The notes: generated by a model from the letters alone, not told the origin. Shown: positions 11,896-25,357, counted from the stretch's first letter. The stretch: DNA of 64,000 nt from Octopus vulgaris (GCA_951406725.2 OX597817.1:37448001-37512000); one strand, 5' to 3'. Made by a program: numbers and translations.

Positions 11896-12844
11896 CAGGA
11901 TGGAACATAAGAATCTCCCACATTTTGAATGGATATATAAAAAAATACAACTATCTAGAAAAAGAATAAATGATATTTCTAAAAACGTACATAAAAAGTA
12001 GTTTTGCTTTAATGGGTTTTTAAAACTATATCAGACAAATGGCGGCCATTGTTGGCAATACATTGATGGAGTCGTTGCCAAAAGTTCTTCATTACTCTCC
12101 TTGTCATCTCAGGTGGAATTTCATCGATTTCCTCTCTGATCCTTTTTTTCAAATCCGCAAGAATTTAAACTAAGGGCTTTAAACTAGTGACCTTGCGGCC
12201 ACCCTACGTCTCTCCTTAAAGAGATCAAACTTCCAGGAAACATTCCTCTCAACACTCCGAGCAAACTTCGTGCTGTGTGAGCTGTGGCCCCGTCCTGTTG
12301 CAACCACATATATTCTGTATCCAAATCGTCCAGTTTGGGGTGCAGAAAGCCTCCAACGTTTCAACGTACTGGCCGGAGGTAACTGCTACTGTTGCACCAC
12401 CTTCTTCAAAAAAATACGGGCCGATCACACCAAAGTCGGCAACTGCATATCAAACAGTAGCACGAGGAGAGTGAAGAGGTAGTTGATGGAGTTCATGAAG
12501 ATTATGTTCGGCCCAGTAGCGAAAATTCTGTTTGTTTACGGCTCCATTGATATGGAGGTGAGACTTCATCGGTTCTCAGAACAGCTGCAGCGGGAACTTG
12601 TCCAAGAATATTCGCACATACGGCTCTGCAGTTATGATCTGTCTCAATTAATTCTTGAACCAAAAACATTTTGTAGGGATGCTGTTTGAAATGGGCACGC
12701 AGGATCCTTCTTGATATCCCAAGTGCTATGCTTACAAACGGAACGCTTTGGCGATTACTTAATGAATGCTCTTACTGTCATATTTTCTAGAGTTCTAACT
12801 GTCCTAAGTCTGTCAGGTAATTTTTTTTTTTAGGGTGCATCCTG
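11896..12844 (-). mobile_element. Decayed Tc1/mariner element, rosa (DD41D, Crmar2-like) type
   Basis: Minus-strand peptides HINGAVNKQNFRYW, GVIGPYFFEE, WLQQDGATAHTA and QCIANNGRHL, with stops and frameshifts; weak CAGGATG termini. Confidence 0.8.
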
Positions 12845-14123
12845 TTGCCTGAAGATTAAAAATTCAGAGCAAAATCTTTTTTCGATCTGGTAGCGATACA
12901 TTTGGACCGAGCGAAAAGCATTTACGGAGCGGTCGCTGCATCGCTACTACAGATCAGTTATTTTTATAATGAGAAATAAATTTTTATAATAATTGAAGCA
13001 GAAAATAAAAATGATAGATCCTACCCGGCTGAACGAGACCTGCCCTGCCTCTCTACCACCACTGCAGCCCGCATAATTCTCACTCCAAATGTGGGAAATC
13101 TGAATGCCCAACCTTGCATTTGTAAGTTTCCAACTTTCCAAGATGGAATTAAAATTATTTGAGCCATTTGTAATTCCAAATCTAAAGTAGATAAGTAATT
13201 AGGATAATGTATTCAAAATATGTTCTAACTTGTAAAACACGAACTAAACGGTGCAATAAGATATATAAATAATGGAAGTCAAATTGCTACAGCACATATT
13301 CAGAACCGGGTCATGATATCAGTTTGCCGTGACTTCATTTTTACTTGTTGTCATTCTCTCTAATTTCATACTAAATGCATATTCATGAGTGCATTCTCAG
13401 TAATTTGTTTCTTGTAGGATTTACCAACCTTGGAAAATAATGAGCAACAACGTGAACTAAAATGAAACTTAATTAGGTTTGACAACCCCCTACATTTAAA
13501 TCTAATTTTAATTTATATATTTTCGAAATTAATAAATATTTAAGTAAAAAATGGAAGTGGCGGTATGAATATCACAACTTGATGATTTCGGTTTCTCAAC
13601 GGCAAGTATGTGTGGTAGAAAATAAATTTACATTAATTTCGAGAAGCCAGTTTCATAAAACAGCATCAAATTCAAACCATAGTTTGCACCCCACTAACTT
13701 TTTAATAACAGTTATGAAATAAGTATATCAAATAACGTCTTCTCCATACAGCATAATATGGGAATATATCTCGGGCAGAATCAAATACAATTCGGATCAG
13801 TTACGAACTTGAATTTGTCAAACGGTGAGTGAGGGACTAGAAAATGGCAGTTGAGCGAGGGCTCGTACTCTTGGTAGTTAGGTTGAGTCTAGATCAATAG
13901 AACTACTTGATTGGCTCTAGTTGGTGGCTCTTCTAGCCAAGGAGGACTGTATCATTCATGTAGTCCTATATTTTGCGCATATTTCATTCCTTGCACGTTT
14001 TTTCTTCAGCTAATTTTGCGTACACCCCATCCCCAACACACACACATATACAAACTGTAACCTGTCGTTGTAAGTTTCCTTCATCTGACCCCCTGTACTA
14101 AATAAGAGAAGTTATTATTATTA

Positions 14124-14656
14124 ATGAGTGAGAGAGCAGAGTATGACACTGGGGTACAAATATACGAAATCCAGTATACCCATCATGACTGCCCGTCTGA
14201 TAAGGGTACACTAGGCATATGCATCACAATCATATGGGCTCGACATAGTGATCTCATATCAATATAAACAGCGCATGACTTTGCAGGTGGGGCCCAGTTA
14301 GAATTTTCTTCAGATCGAGTAACCCATCCTGCTCAAAAGGTCCTTGAATAAGAGTTGTTTAAGGATGTTAAACTAAACACCCATTTCTCCAGAGGTGTCT
14401 TATTCAAACACCAAAGAATTCCTCTCAACACATAGCTATGATGCTCCCCAACACTACTTCTGCTCGTGATCAGAGAAGCACATATCGCCAGCCACTAAGA
14501 GACATGATGCTCAACTGGTTAAGTTCAAACAACTGAGAAGCAAATCTGTAGTATTCAACAGAATAGTCCATTTTTTATACCAAGACAAATCAATGTACAT
14601 GCTAACACTTCCAATCAGTTAACATCAGAACCACTGCATGGTACTGCATCAGTGTA

Positions 14657-14657
<1 letters not shown>
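14124..14657. mobile_element. Unclassified repeat-like insert bounded by (TTA)n on both sides
   Basis: Non-coding block, more GC-rich than its flanks, between (TTA)n at about 14112 and (ATT)n at 14658-14705. Confidence 0.4.
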
Positions 14658-14692
<35 letters not shown>

Positions 14693-14705
14693 CATTATTA
14701 TTATT

Positions 14706-15150
14706 GCGGTGAACTGGCAAAATATTTAGCATGACCGGGAAAATGCTTAACAATATTTCGCCTGTCTTCATGTTTTGAGTTCAAATTCGGTCAAGGTCGA
14801 CGTTATCTGTCATCCCTTCGGGGTTGATAAAATGAGTACCAGTTGATCACAGGAGTCCATGTAATTCGCTTAACCCTACCTTGAAATTACTGGCATTGTG
14901 CCAAAATTAGAAACAAATAATCGCTAAGTACTTTTATGTGAGGAACTGGCAGAATCGTTAAGCACACCAGACAAAATGCTCGACAGAATTTGTCCGTCTG
15001 AGTTCTGAGTTCAAATTCTGCTAAGGTCGACTTTGCCTTTATCCTTTCATGGTCGATGGAATAAGCACAAGTTGAAGACTTGAGAGCCATATAATCCAAT
15101 AGGCCCCCTCCTCAAAACTTTAAGGCCCTATGCCTATAATATAAAGAATT
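14706..15150 (+). mobile_element. Two tandem degenerate SINE B copies following (ATT)n
   Basis: GAACTGGCA.AA heads, GAGTTCAAATTC, GGTCGAC; tails of type 3 and type 2. Confidence 0.7.
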
Positions 15151-15521
15151 AATTACTCAGTATTTTAAGCAAAGAACTATTGAATCTAATGGATAAAAAT
15201 AGTCACAAAGAGACGAATTGTAGCGTTCCGATGCTGGTTTTCACAAAAGAAATGCTAAAGAGGTGAATCACCTTCTCTTAAGGCACAAGACCATATATAA
15301 TGTTGCAGATATTTTAAAGTAGTATATGAGATGTAACAGAAACTGTGACATAAAATGAATGTTATACGAAATAAGAAGGGTAAACACGTCGGTCAGATAC
15401 TAAATACAAGTATATTGCCATCAAATAACACTTCGGAAAGTGCAGACTAGCAATATTGCCAAAATGTTCATACCCACGAGAGATAGCAGTCTACACTTGT
15501 GCAAGTTATATATATATATAT

Positions 15522-15793
15522 ATATATTATTCAAAGAAATTCCAACTCTGTCTGTTTTTTATGTTTTATTTATATTCTTTATAATATTAATGTAGAATAT
15601 AAAATATATAGTATAAATAATATATATAGTAAAATGAAACGAAATATTGGTTGTCTTATTGAATAGATGAAATACTAAATATAAAATATTAAGTGACTAT
15701 ATGCTATATATTCTATATTCTACATTAATATTATAAAGAATATAAATAAAACATAAAAAACAGTCAGAGTTGGAATTTCTTTGAATAATATAT
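15522..15793. repeat. AT-rich inverted repeat (about 90-bp arms) between (TA)n tracts
   Basis: TATTATTCAAAGAAATTCCAACTCTG...GAATATA mirrored at 15700-15793. Confidence 0.85.
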
Positions 15794-15834
15794 TTCCCTC
15801 CATACACAATCATACAAACCCCTTTTTATTTATT

Positions 15835-15885
<51 letters not shown>

Positions 15886-15893
15886 CATACATA

Positions 15894-16436
15894 CGAGCAG
15901 AACGCCCCCCGAGCAATGGAAGGTGCTGAATCATATCTGCTGAATAAAAAGCAATCAGTGTTTTCTTTTCATTGAAAAATAATTAAGCATGCTTTATTTC
16001 AATGAAATTTTTGGTTTTGTTAACCGAAGTTAAGGCAAAAAAAAGTCTTGAGAAACCAGATAGTCTTTCCTTCCTTCATGCCAAGTATGAACAAAATATC
16101 TCTTTTGCATCTTATTTTTTTGGTCTCTTAAATATACTGTATTTTGTAGCATTTTTCAAGCCAGCCGGCTTTTTTTGCGCAATCTGCACGTGCATTTTCC
16201 TCGCGTACGCGTAGTATCGATCGCAACAGCTGATGTACTCGCGAGTACAAGTGCACGTTCCCACGGCTTTATCGATTGCATTCTCCCCTGGAATCGATTT
16301 TTGTAATTTTTTCAAGACTTATACACGCCCCGATACCGTCGGTACCGACATATCAAATTTGAGCGCAATCGGATGGAGAATGCCCGAGATCCTAGAAGAC
16401 ACGCACAGACAGACAGAATGGATTTTATATAATAAA
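15894..16436 (-). mobile_element. Non-autonomous Helitron-like element (Lep1-like architecture)
   Basis: ATCAAATTTGAGCGCAATCGG...(CAGA)n...TTTTATATAATA at one end; decayed CTAG/hairpin at the other. Confidence 0.5.
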
Positions 16437-16771
16437 TATATATATATATATTGTTGCGACATTATGCCAATATCAACACACGCACTGAATCTTACAAACC
16501 AGATACAAAGACAGAGTATACACACACACACACACATATATATGCATGAGTGAGAGACAGAGAGAGAGATGCCTATATACAAAAATGCACACATATATAT
16601 ACATCTACAGAGAGAGCAAGGTGGAGGAGAAAGAGAATGAAGTATCTGTTCGTATAGGCTTTCATATGTATTTGCTTGAATATGCATATATCAACATACG
16701 TACTGGGTCGAGTTTTGTGAATAAAATTCATATATATAAATAGATAGATAGATAGATAGATAGATATAGCA

Positions 16772-17080
16772 ATGCCATCACGCTTCAGGGCCAGTTACTG
16801 CAACAGCCTGGGTTTCAAGGGCCTACAGCTTTTTAATATTCTCCCAAAGAGTCTGAGGAACTTACAGAAAGTAGATGTAGGGGTTTTTAAATCAAAGCTG
16901 GACCTCTTCCTGTCGAGAGTCCCAGATGAACCTACCTCACGTCAAGAGGTGCAAATGAGGGTAGCTATATCAAACTCCATGCTTCACCAAGTGCCACATA
17001 TTAGAGGAGGCTCTTAGTAATAACATTGTAACAAAATGGCGGTGCATCAGCATGACCACAGAGAAAAAGAAAAAAAGAAA
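16772..17080 (+). mobile_element. 5'-truncated CR1-group LINE: ORF2 C-terminus and 3' UTR
   Basis: LFNILPKSLRNL...FKSKLDLFLSRVPDEP is typical of a CR1-group C-terminus; stop at 17017 followed by an A-rich tail. Confidence 0.75.
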
Positions 17081-17202
17081 AATATATATATATATGTATG
17101 TATGTATGTGTGTATATATGTATGTATATATATACGTGTGCGTATGTGCAAGGAAGACGTGCTTCTAGTATACGAAATGACATAAATAGCTAGCTAACAA
17201 AC

Positions 17203-17306
<104 letters not shown>

Positions 17307-17588
17307 TAACTGAAGGTAAATTTATAGTGTATGAAATAGATAGATGGTTAGATAGTTAGATAAGGTATAAGATAGACAAACACGATCATACAGATAAGCA
17401 GAAATTTAGAAAGGGAAAGAAATTGAAAGAACGGAACAATGATGCTTAGAGAGCAGTCGAATGCATGGGAAGAATAAACTTTGGCGGCATACCAAGAACA
17501 ACAATTAAAAAATAAATGTCTCCTACATAACAGCAAAACACAATACCACATAACACATGCCACATATGGATATACACACATCGACGCA

Positions 17589-17623
<35 letters not shown>

Positions 17624-17736
17624 AAACATACACGTAGACACACGTGCACATATATACATAAACATGCATGTACACAAACCTGTGTATGTATATATAAATA
17701 TATTTACATAATCATACATGTACACACACATACATG

Positions 17737-17779
<43 letters not shown>

Positions 17780-18442
17780 GCGCGCACAAATGCATATATA
17801 TATATAAACATGCACGCACACACATGCATATATATTTATATATTCACATATATATATATACATGTGCACTATATAAATATAAGTACACACATAAGAATGT
17901 GTCTGTGTGTGTAAAGTATACATACATGTATATATATATATATATAAATTTATATATATATATGTGTGTGTGTGTACTTATGCGTATAAACCTATGCAGG
18001 TGCACAGACATGCACATATGCAGGCACAGACACACACACACACACGTGTGTATGTGGACATGCTTATGCGTATGTGTGCGTGTGTTTGTATGTATAAGCA
18101 TATACATGCACACTTATCTGTTTTTCACACACATATACAAAGTAGAAACCAATCTGATTATCTTCCAAGAAAATTTTTATTTTATTTATTTATTTATTCA
18201 TTTATTCATTTATTTTATTTCGGTTTTTCACATTCCTCCTAGTTTTTCAGCTTTATTCGTCATATTTCTTGCGTGTTTCTTTTTGCTTGTTTCACGAAAT
18301 AAGAGCGGCAGTTCTAAAGTACAAGATGGTGTTTCACCGACTTTTGCAGTTTGCCTTAAAACGCGTTTGAATGGCTGTCGTGCATGTTTGCGTTTGTCTA
18401 TAAACGTATGCGTATGTCTGCTTTGACAGTATATTTCGCATA

Positions 18443-18840
18443 AGGTGGCGAGCTGGTAGAGAGGTTAGCACGCCGGGCGAAATGCGTAGCCGTATTTCGT
18501 CTGCCGCTACGTCCTGAGTTCAAATTCCGCCGAGGTCGACTTTACCTTTCATCTTTTCGGGGACGATTAAACAAGTACCAGTTACGCACTGGGGTCGAAA
18601 TAATCGACTTAATCTGTTTGTCTGTCATTGTTTGTCCTCTCTGTGTTTAGCCCCTTGTGGGTAGTAAAGAAATAGGTATTTCGTCTGCCGTCACGTTGTG
18701 AGTTCAAATTCCGCCGAGGTCGACTTTGCCTTTCATCCTTTCGGAGTCGATAAATTAAGTACCAGTTTCGTACTGGGGTCGATCTAATCGACTGGACCCC
18801 TCCCCAGAAATTTCGGGCCTTGTGCCTAGAGTAGAAAAGG
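18443..18840 (+). mobile_element. Dimeric SINE B: full unit with tail 1, then a headless unit with tail 2
   Basis: Second body restarts at GGTATTTCGTCTGCC (18676) directly after AAAGAAATA. Confidence 0.85.
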
Positions 18841-20112
18841 ATATATTTGTACGTGCATATTTAACACGTTTGTATATTTTCTTGTACGTGCGAGTGTACA
18901 GGTTTGAGTGAGAATGTAAATAAATAAGTGAATTGCATGATAAATAGATCTATAAGTTTGTTGTTGTTGCAGCTGCAACTAGTGCAGTTGTTGTTGTCTA
19001 TTCTTTGTTCATCTCTGAATAGACAGAAGTGTGATCAAAAGTGTTTGAAGCCTGGCCGTCGCTTCTTTTATCAATACAATTGCAGGCATTGCTGTCCGTC
19101 TAAGAAGCTCAGAAAACTTCTGTCCAATCCCCCAGTGTAGCACCTTGAACAGGCCTTTCATTTTAAACAAGTGCAGTGTGATTTGCGTAAATTTGCCTGC
19201 TATTTCTAGCAGCTCAATCCACTACGTAGATATCCCCTTATTGTTTTTGTTTAGTTTTGTTTCTGTAAAATTGTTTGTATCGTGGGTCGTAGGTTGGTGT
19301 CGAGTAATTGAGTTTGTAGCCAGGAATGGTTGGCAAAACTACAAAGTAATTTCGAAACTGCCCTAATATCTTCTCTCCAGATAAATTCACAAGGAAATTT
19401 TTGTATGTGTGTGTGTTTATGTGTGCATGAGAGGGAGAGAGAGGCAGACAGACAGATAGCGAGAGAGAGAGAGTGGGGAGAACAGACGGGGCAGGGGTGG
19501 GTGTTTGAGCATGGATGTGTATGTGTGTGAGTGTGCGTGTATAAGTGTCCATCAGTGTGTGTGTGTGCGTGTGTGCACGTGTGAATTTGTGTATGAGGAT
19601 TGATATTACATTCACGAAAACATAATGTCGTGTAGGCGTCTGAATATTTCTATATGTGACCTTATATATATTGGGGTCAATATCACATATGTTTAGTATA
19701 CATTGGCATTTAATACAGCCACATAATTCCCAGATCACAGACGCATAGGAGAAAAAGTTAAACCCCTGAGATTTGAAATTAAAACAGTAGCTTACGAGTG
19801 TGTGAAATATCATGGTCAATGGTGAATCATCTTGCCCAACAAATAGCTTATAATCATCTTGTCCAGCAGATAGCTCTCAAGTTTACATTGCCCGACATTG
19901 TTATCGCGAATTGTCAATTGCGAGATAATGGGCTTTGGAGCTGCTAGCGACAGAAACGTTATAGTTTTGTGCTACCAAATTTCATTGGTACTTCATTTTC
20001 TATTCTGATATTTGTGTGTAGCTGAATGCGCGTGTTCAGGCATGCATATATATACATACATATATATATGCATATGTGTATGATGTGTGTATGTAGATAG
20101 GTAGGTAGATAA

Positions 20113-20215
<103 letters not shown>

Positions 20216-20681
20216 TTTGAGGCTTCGTATAACACACGTTTTCTTTCTAGTCGATTGTTGTTAATATGAGACCCAGTTGGCTCTATTACGCAATACAATT
20301 GACTGAACAAAACCGAATATATTTGCTAATAACGACAAAACTACAAGCCAATGGCGGAGTTTCTACGTAGTTACTCGATCTGAGAGAAATAGCGACAAAT
20401 TCTCCCCCACCTAAATTACATTCTTCGTCTCAAACAAAGAAGACAGTATACATTAGGTATTATAGTCCTAACGTTTATACGTACATGCTTACACAGATGT
20501 GTGCGTGTGTGTGTGTGTGTGTGTGCGTGTTTGTATGTGTGTGTCTGCATTTATATATGTAAGGGCATATAAAAATAATAGGTAGATACATTGGTATAGT
20601 TATATATACATACGTACATTTATATATATATATATATATACACACATATAACAGATATGCATATATATATGTATATCTGTG

Positions 20682-20728
<47 letters not shown>

Positions 20729-21344
20729 AGAACACATTTTAATGCACAGTCACGTGATCCATTATTCCAGTATCGAGTACATTAAAGTGCGTGAATATAT
20801 AGTGTAATTAGTGTGTGTGGATACCTAATTAAAATGTTCATAATTGTCCAAGCAGGAAAATATAATTTATATCACCATCAACAATTACATTACATTACCA
20901 AAATGTAATTGCCTCGCAGGAAGCTCACCGTCGAAACACTTATTACAATATTTTTCTCTTTTTTTTCTGTTGTTTTTTTGGATATTTGGTTTTTATTATC
21001 ATAGTCATCATCAACAACAACATCTTTTCCATTCCCATCATCTTATCTTCAGTATCACTAATATGAGTTTCATGACCATTATAACAATTATCATCATCAT
21101 CATCATCATCATCGTTGTCAGCAGCAGTATCAGTAACTGCAAAAATGATATTACCATCGTTATGATGATCATCATCTCTATCTTCAGTTCATCATCTTCG
21201 ACTTTACTGTCACCATCATCGTCCTCATCATCACCTCTAGCAAGTGGAATATTTGAATATCAATATCAATATTTTAAAGAATTGTGAAAAATAGCCTCTA
21301 AATATACATTGTACAAAATGCATAGCACTACTACACCATCGAGT

Positions 21345-21637
21345 GTTCCAGATGATATGATCAAGGGATCAGCATGCTCGTGAAATTAACGTACAAATGG
21401 CTGAGTACTCCATAGACACACGTACCCTTAATGTAGTTCCCAAGGTGATTCAACGTGACACACCGAATTTGACAAGGCTGGCCCATTGAAATACAGGTCT
21501 AACTTATTTTTCCAGATGAGTGGACTGGAGCAAGGTAAAATAAAGTTCCTTGCTCAAAAACACAACACACTGCCAGGAATCGAACTCGTGATCTTACAAT
21601 CGTGAGCAGGGTATCCTAACTACTGAGCCACGCACCT
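21345..21637 (-). mobile_element. SINE D' copy
   Basis: Similar to 9190-9505 along its length. Confidence 0.7.
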
Positions 21638-22325
21638 AATATGTTGAAATGGTACCTAATAACACGATTTACGAGATTCAACATGCAAAAACGGTCGAAA
21701 TGCTGTAACATTTGGCCAGAGATTTGGTAGTTCGTAGTCTTTCAACGACGCTGTGAAAGTACGAACTGCGTCTGTACCAAACACGCCCTACTCTCACTAA
21801 CCTAGTACAGTAGGAAGGCAACTACAGAATAATGCAGCAAAAAATTGGTTGACATCATAATTAGGACAGTAGAATGTAATCTATAAGAGGTTTGCTTGCT
21901 ATTTCTAGCAGATCAAACGACCAGATGCTGCTTCACTGTGTCGCGATAAATCGTGAGTTCTCCGGTTGTTCTACCTGACTCATCCTCACCTCCTAGATCA
22001 CACAATCAGCTAATAATTCCTCTCCTAAGCCAGCAGCCATCCGGCATTAACTCTCCATCAACGTTCTTGCTTTACTTTGCTATTTTGTTCGTTTTTTCTC
22101 TCTCTTTCTCTTCTCTCTCTCTCTCTCCCTCTATCTATCTATCTATATATATATATGTATATAGAATGGTTGCATACTGTCAATCTAACAAAAACGTGAC
22201 AGTAGGGGGTACACCACCGCTGTTTAGCCCTAGGAAGCATCGACGCCTCCTGATGGCTTTGACACATTTTTCCTGTGTCCATATGTACATTTACGAAGGG
22301 GAGACAAATACTCCCAGCCGCCCGG

Positions 22326-22382
22326 GCTGCATCTAGGGACACGTGTTTCAGGATGATTGTCCTTCGTCGGCCTAGAGTAGCA
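22326..22382 (-). ncRNA. Type-I hammerhead ribozyme motif, CCGACGA core, GUC cleavage triplet
   Basis: UCUAGG-CCGACGA-AGGA-CAAUCA-UCCU-GAAA-CACGUG-UC-CCUAGA: 6-bp stem I (extendable), 4-bp stem II, palindromic ACACGUGU stem III. Confidence 0.7.
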
Positions 22383-22433
22383 GACACCGGTCAGCTGACG
22401 ATATCTGTCTCGACTCGTAATGTATATATCTAA

Positions 22434-22477
<44 letters not shown>

Positions 22478-22809
22478 TTAGAGACACCTAAAATCTTAAC
22501 ACCAATCACCTCAGTGCCACTATATTAAGAGAATCTACTAAAATCTTACGCAGTGTAAGTTATCTACGACGTAGATAACTTATTTGAATACATAACTTCT
22601 ACACGATGATACGATATATATTAATGTAAAAACAAACAGCAAAGCGCCATATGTCTCCACAATTTCACAAGATACCTAACATATTTCTAAGTGGAAACAT
22701 CTGTTAGTCTCACGAGACCATGGATCTGTGCCAGGAAACACTTGCTTCGGTCTTGTTGGCAGAGCAGCAGCTGATGTGACTGTAGAGATTCATATGTGAT
22801 TGACATAAC

Positions 22810-23180
22810 AACGAAACCTCCGCTAGTTGAGCCACGTATATCGCATGTCATATACAGGGATCCCGGAAAACCTGCAATGTGGAGAATCAGAAACAGAACC
22901 CAAGGGTTATTCCATTATCTCTTTTGAAAATGTCCGCAAGAGAGACAATCTCTTTACATGAACTTTGGCAGCTAAAGGAACTGATCCCTTTTAACTGAGA
23001 TTGGAAGTAAACAAGAAGAGAGACGGAGCTTTGCTGCTGAAGAAAGGCAAAATCGACGGGAAAACAGTCAGGACAAGACGGTGCCTTTAAATGCAATCAC
23101 TGCAGCTGGGAAAGTTTCTATAGGCTATTCTCATCAAAATGGTCCGAGATCAGTGTCTCTGAACAAGATAATTGACATCC
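22810..23180 (+). mobile_element. Decayed RTE-clade LINE 3' fragment
   Basis: Broken frames RIPENLQCGE (cf. RIPKxLLYGEL), FENVRKRD and a C-terminal FKCNHC zinc-finger-like motif. Confidence 0.55.
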
Positions 23181-23879
23181 CTTGTGTTAAGATGCCTTGT
23201 ATTTCTATCTGTGCGTTGCTATGTACATTAGGAACTACGTTTTAGTATGTGTTAGGTTATCACAATAGAATGATTGTAAATACTACATCATACAATTATT
23301 CTGTTCATTATTTCGTTTCTTCGTTTCGTTATTTCACCAACAGATAACGAAACTAGATAGGAAACATTCCAGAAGTTTCCCATGAGAGAAAAACATCGTT
23401 GTGGAATTTCATTAGTTAAGAATTTCAATTAATGAAAGTTAGCTTATATGGTGAAACCTCAGCTCTATTCTCAACTGACGCGCTTTGTCAATTTCAGAGC
23501 TAAACTTCCACCTATTCCTGACATCTTTAATTCGCTTCTTGTTAACAACTTCGTCGCAACGTTTTTATTTGCTTCGCTTTGTTTTTCTTGTTTTCCTTGC
23601 TGCTTTTTTGTTTGTTTTTATAATTTTGTTGCTTTGTGTGTTTGTGTATGTGAGTGTGTGTTTACTTTCTTTCTTTCCTTATTCCTTCTTTTCTTCTTTC
23701 TTTCTTTCTTTCTTTCTTTATGCCTAACTATTAGGTTTCTTTTTCTGCTTTGCCTCTTGTATTTATCTGTGCAAATGTCAGGCTTACAACGACTAAGAAT
23801 AGCGTTCGTATCAATTACTGGCTTTGATAGAGTCACCTCCTCTCTAGAATCAGTAGACCAGTACTCAATATTGAGAGCT

Positions 23880-23890
23880 GCTACTGCAGC

Positions 23891-23961
<71 letters not shown>

Positions 23962-24460
23962 CGGTGGTGGTGGTGGTGGTGGTGGTGGTGGTGCTGCTGC
24001 TGGTGCTGGTGCTGGTACTGGTGGGAGGAGGAAGACGATGACGACGACGAAGAATGGTGGTGATGGTGTAGTTGTCATCATCCTAAAGTTACTAATATTA
24101 GTAGTATTAGTAGCTTTGGTACATATAAGGCTGAGTAGCGGAGGCGATAGCGGGCCTTTGGTAGCGATGGTGGCGGCGTAAATGGTGGTGGTTGTAATGA
24201 AATTAAGCGCTAGAAGTCTTATTACCTTGGATTTATGGTGGTAGTAGCGATGGCAGAAATGATGATAGCGGGTCCTCGCAATTTGTAAGACTATAGAGTG
24301 TGATTCGAGAAAGATTTGGCTGCTATATCTAGTGGTTGGTGTTGCAGCTTCTTCATTAGCATTGTTGTTGTTGTTGGTGAAGGTGGTGTTAGTAGTGGTG
24401 GTGGTGGTCTCTGCACGCAGCATTGTGAGCCCTTCTCAGTTACGACCAATTAGATAAGAG

Positions 24461-24514
<54 letters not shown>

Positions 24515-24538
24515 ACAGCAGCAGCAGCAGTAGTAGTT

Positions 24539-24599
<61 letters not shown>

Positions 24600-24603
24600 C
24601 AGC

Positions 24604-24635
<32 letters not shown>

Positions 24636-24900
24636 CAGATGTAGTAGTAGTAGTAGTTGTTGTTGTTATTGTTGCTATTGTTGTGGGAGCAGCAGCCGGT
24701 TGAGGTGGTGTGGCGGTGATGGTAGTGTTGATATTGTTTATGACAACGATGGCATTGAAGATTGAGGGAGCAGTATCGATTTTGTTAATATTGTAGTTCG
24801 TATTCAGATTGCTGGTTGGGAATGGTAATAGCAGAAAAGGAGGAGGAGGAAGAGAAGTAGTGATGGTGATGGCGGTGGATTTTCATGTTAGTTTACGTTG
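23880..24900. repeat. Trinucleotide repeat domain: (AGT)n, (GGT)n, (GCT)n, (GTT)n
   Basis: Direct reading; explains the poly-V/L/P ORFs. Confidence 0.9.
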
Positions 24901-25167
24901 TGCTTTTTTTTTTATTATAGTGGTTTTTCTTTTGTGATGATAGTGATCATGGTGATGATAAAATGGAAATAGACAAGTTTAATAATAAGCTTCCTGTATA
25001 AGTAGGAAATTGACAAATGCAATATTTAAGATGGAGCTAATAGCAAGGTTGGTGGAAAGGTAAGAGGTGAATAATGTGGCGGTGGTAGTTTTGGTAGAGA
25101 TGCCAGTAATACTACAGCAACAGTATAGTCGTACTGTATGTATGTACATGCGTATTCATGGGAGAAA

Positions 25168-25213
<46 letters not shown>

Positions 25214-25244
25214 TTGTGATATATATATATATATATATATACTT

Positions 25245-25276
<32 letters not shown>

Positions 25277-25279
25277 CTT

Positions 25280-25341
<62 letters not shown>

Positions 25342-25357
25342 ATATATATATATACAT

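Noticed and set aside
20844-21287. 147-aa His/Ile/Ser-rich ORF
   Set aside because: Degenerate (CAT)n low-complexity tract
22556-22582. Short palindrome TAAGTTATCTACG-A-CGTAGATAACTTA
   Set aside because: Real but only 13-bp arms, with no context to assign a function
23448-24423. 197-aa and 180-aa ORFs with poly-V/L/P
   Set aside because: Produced by trinucleotide repeats and T-rich low-complexity sequence
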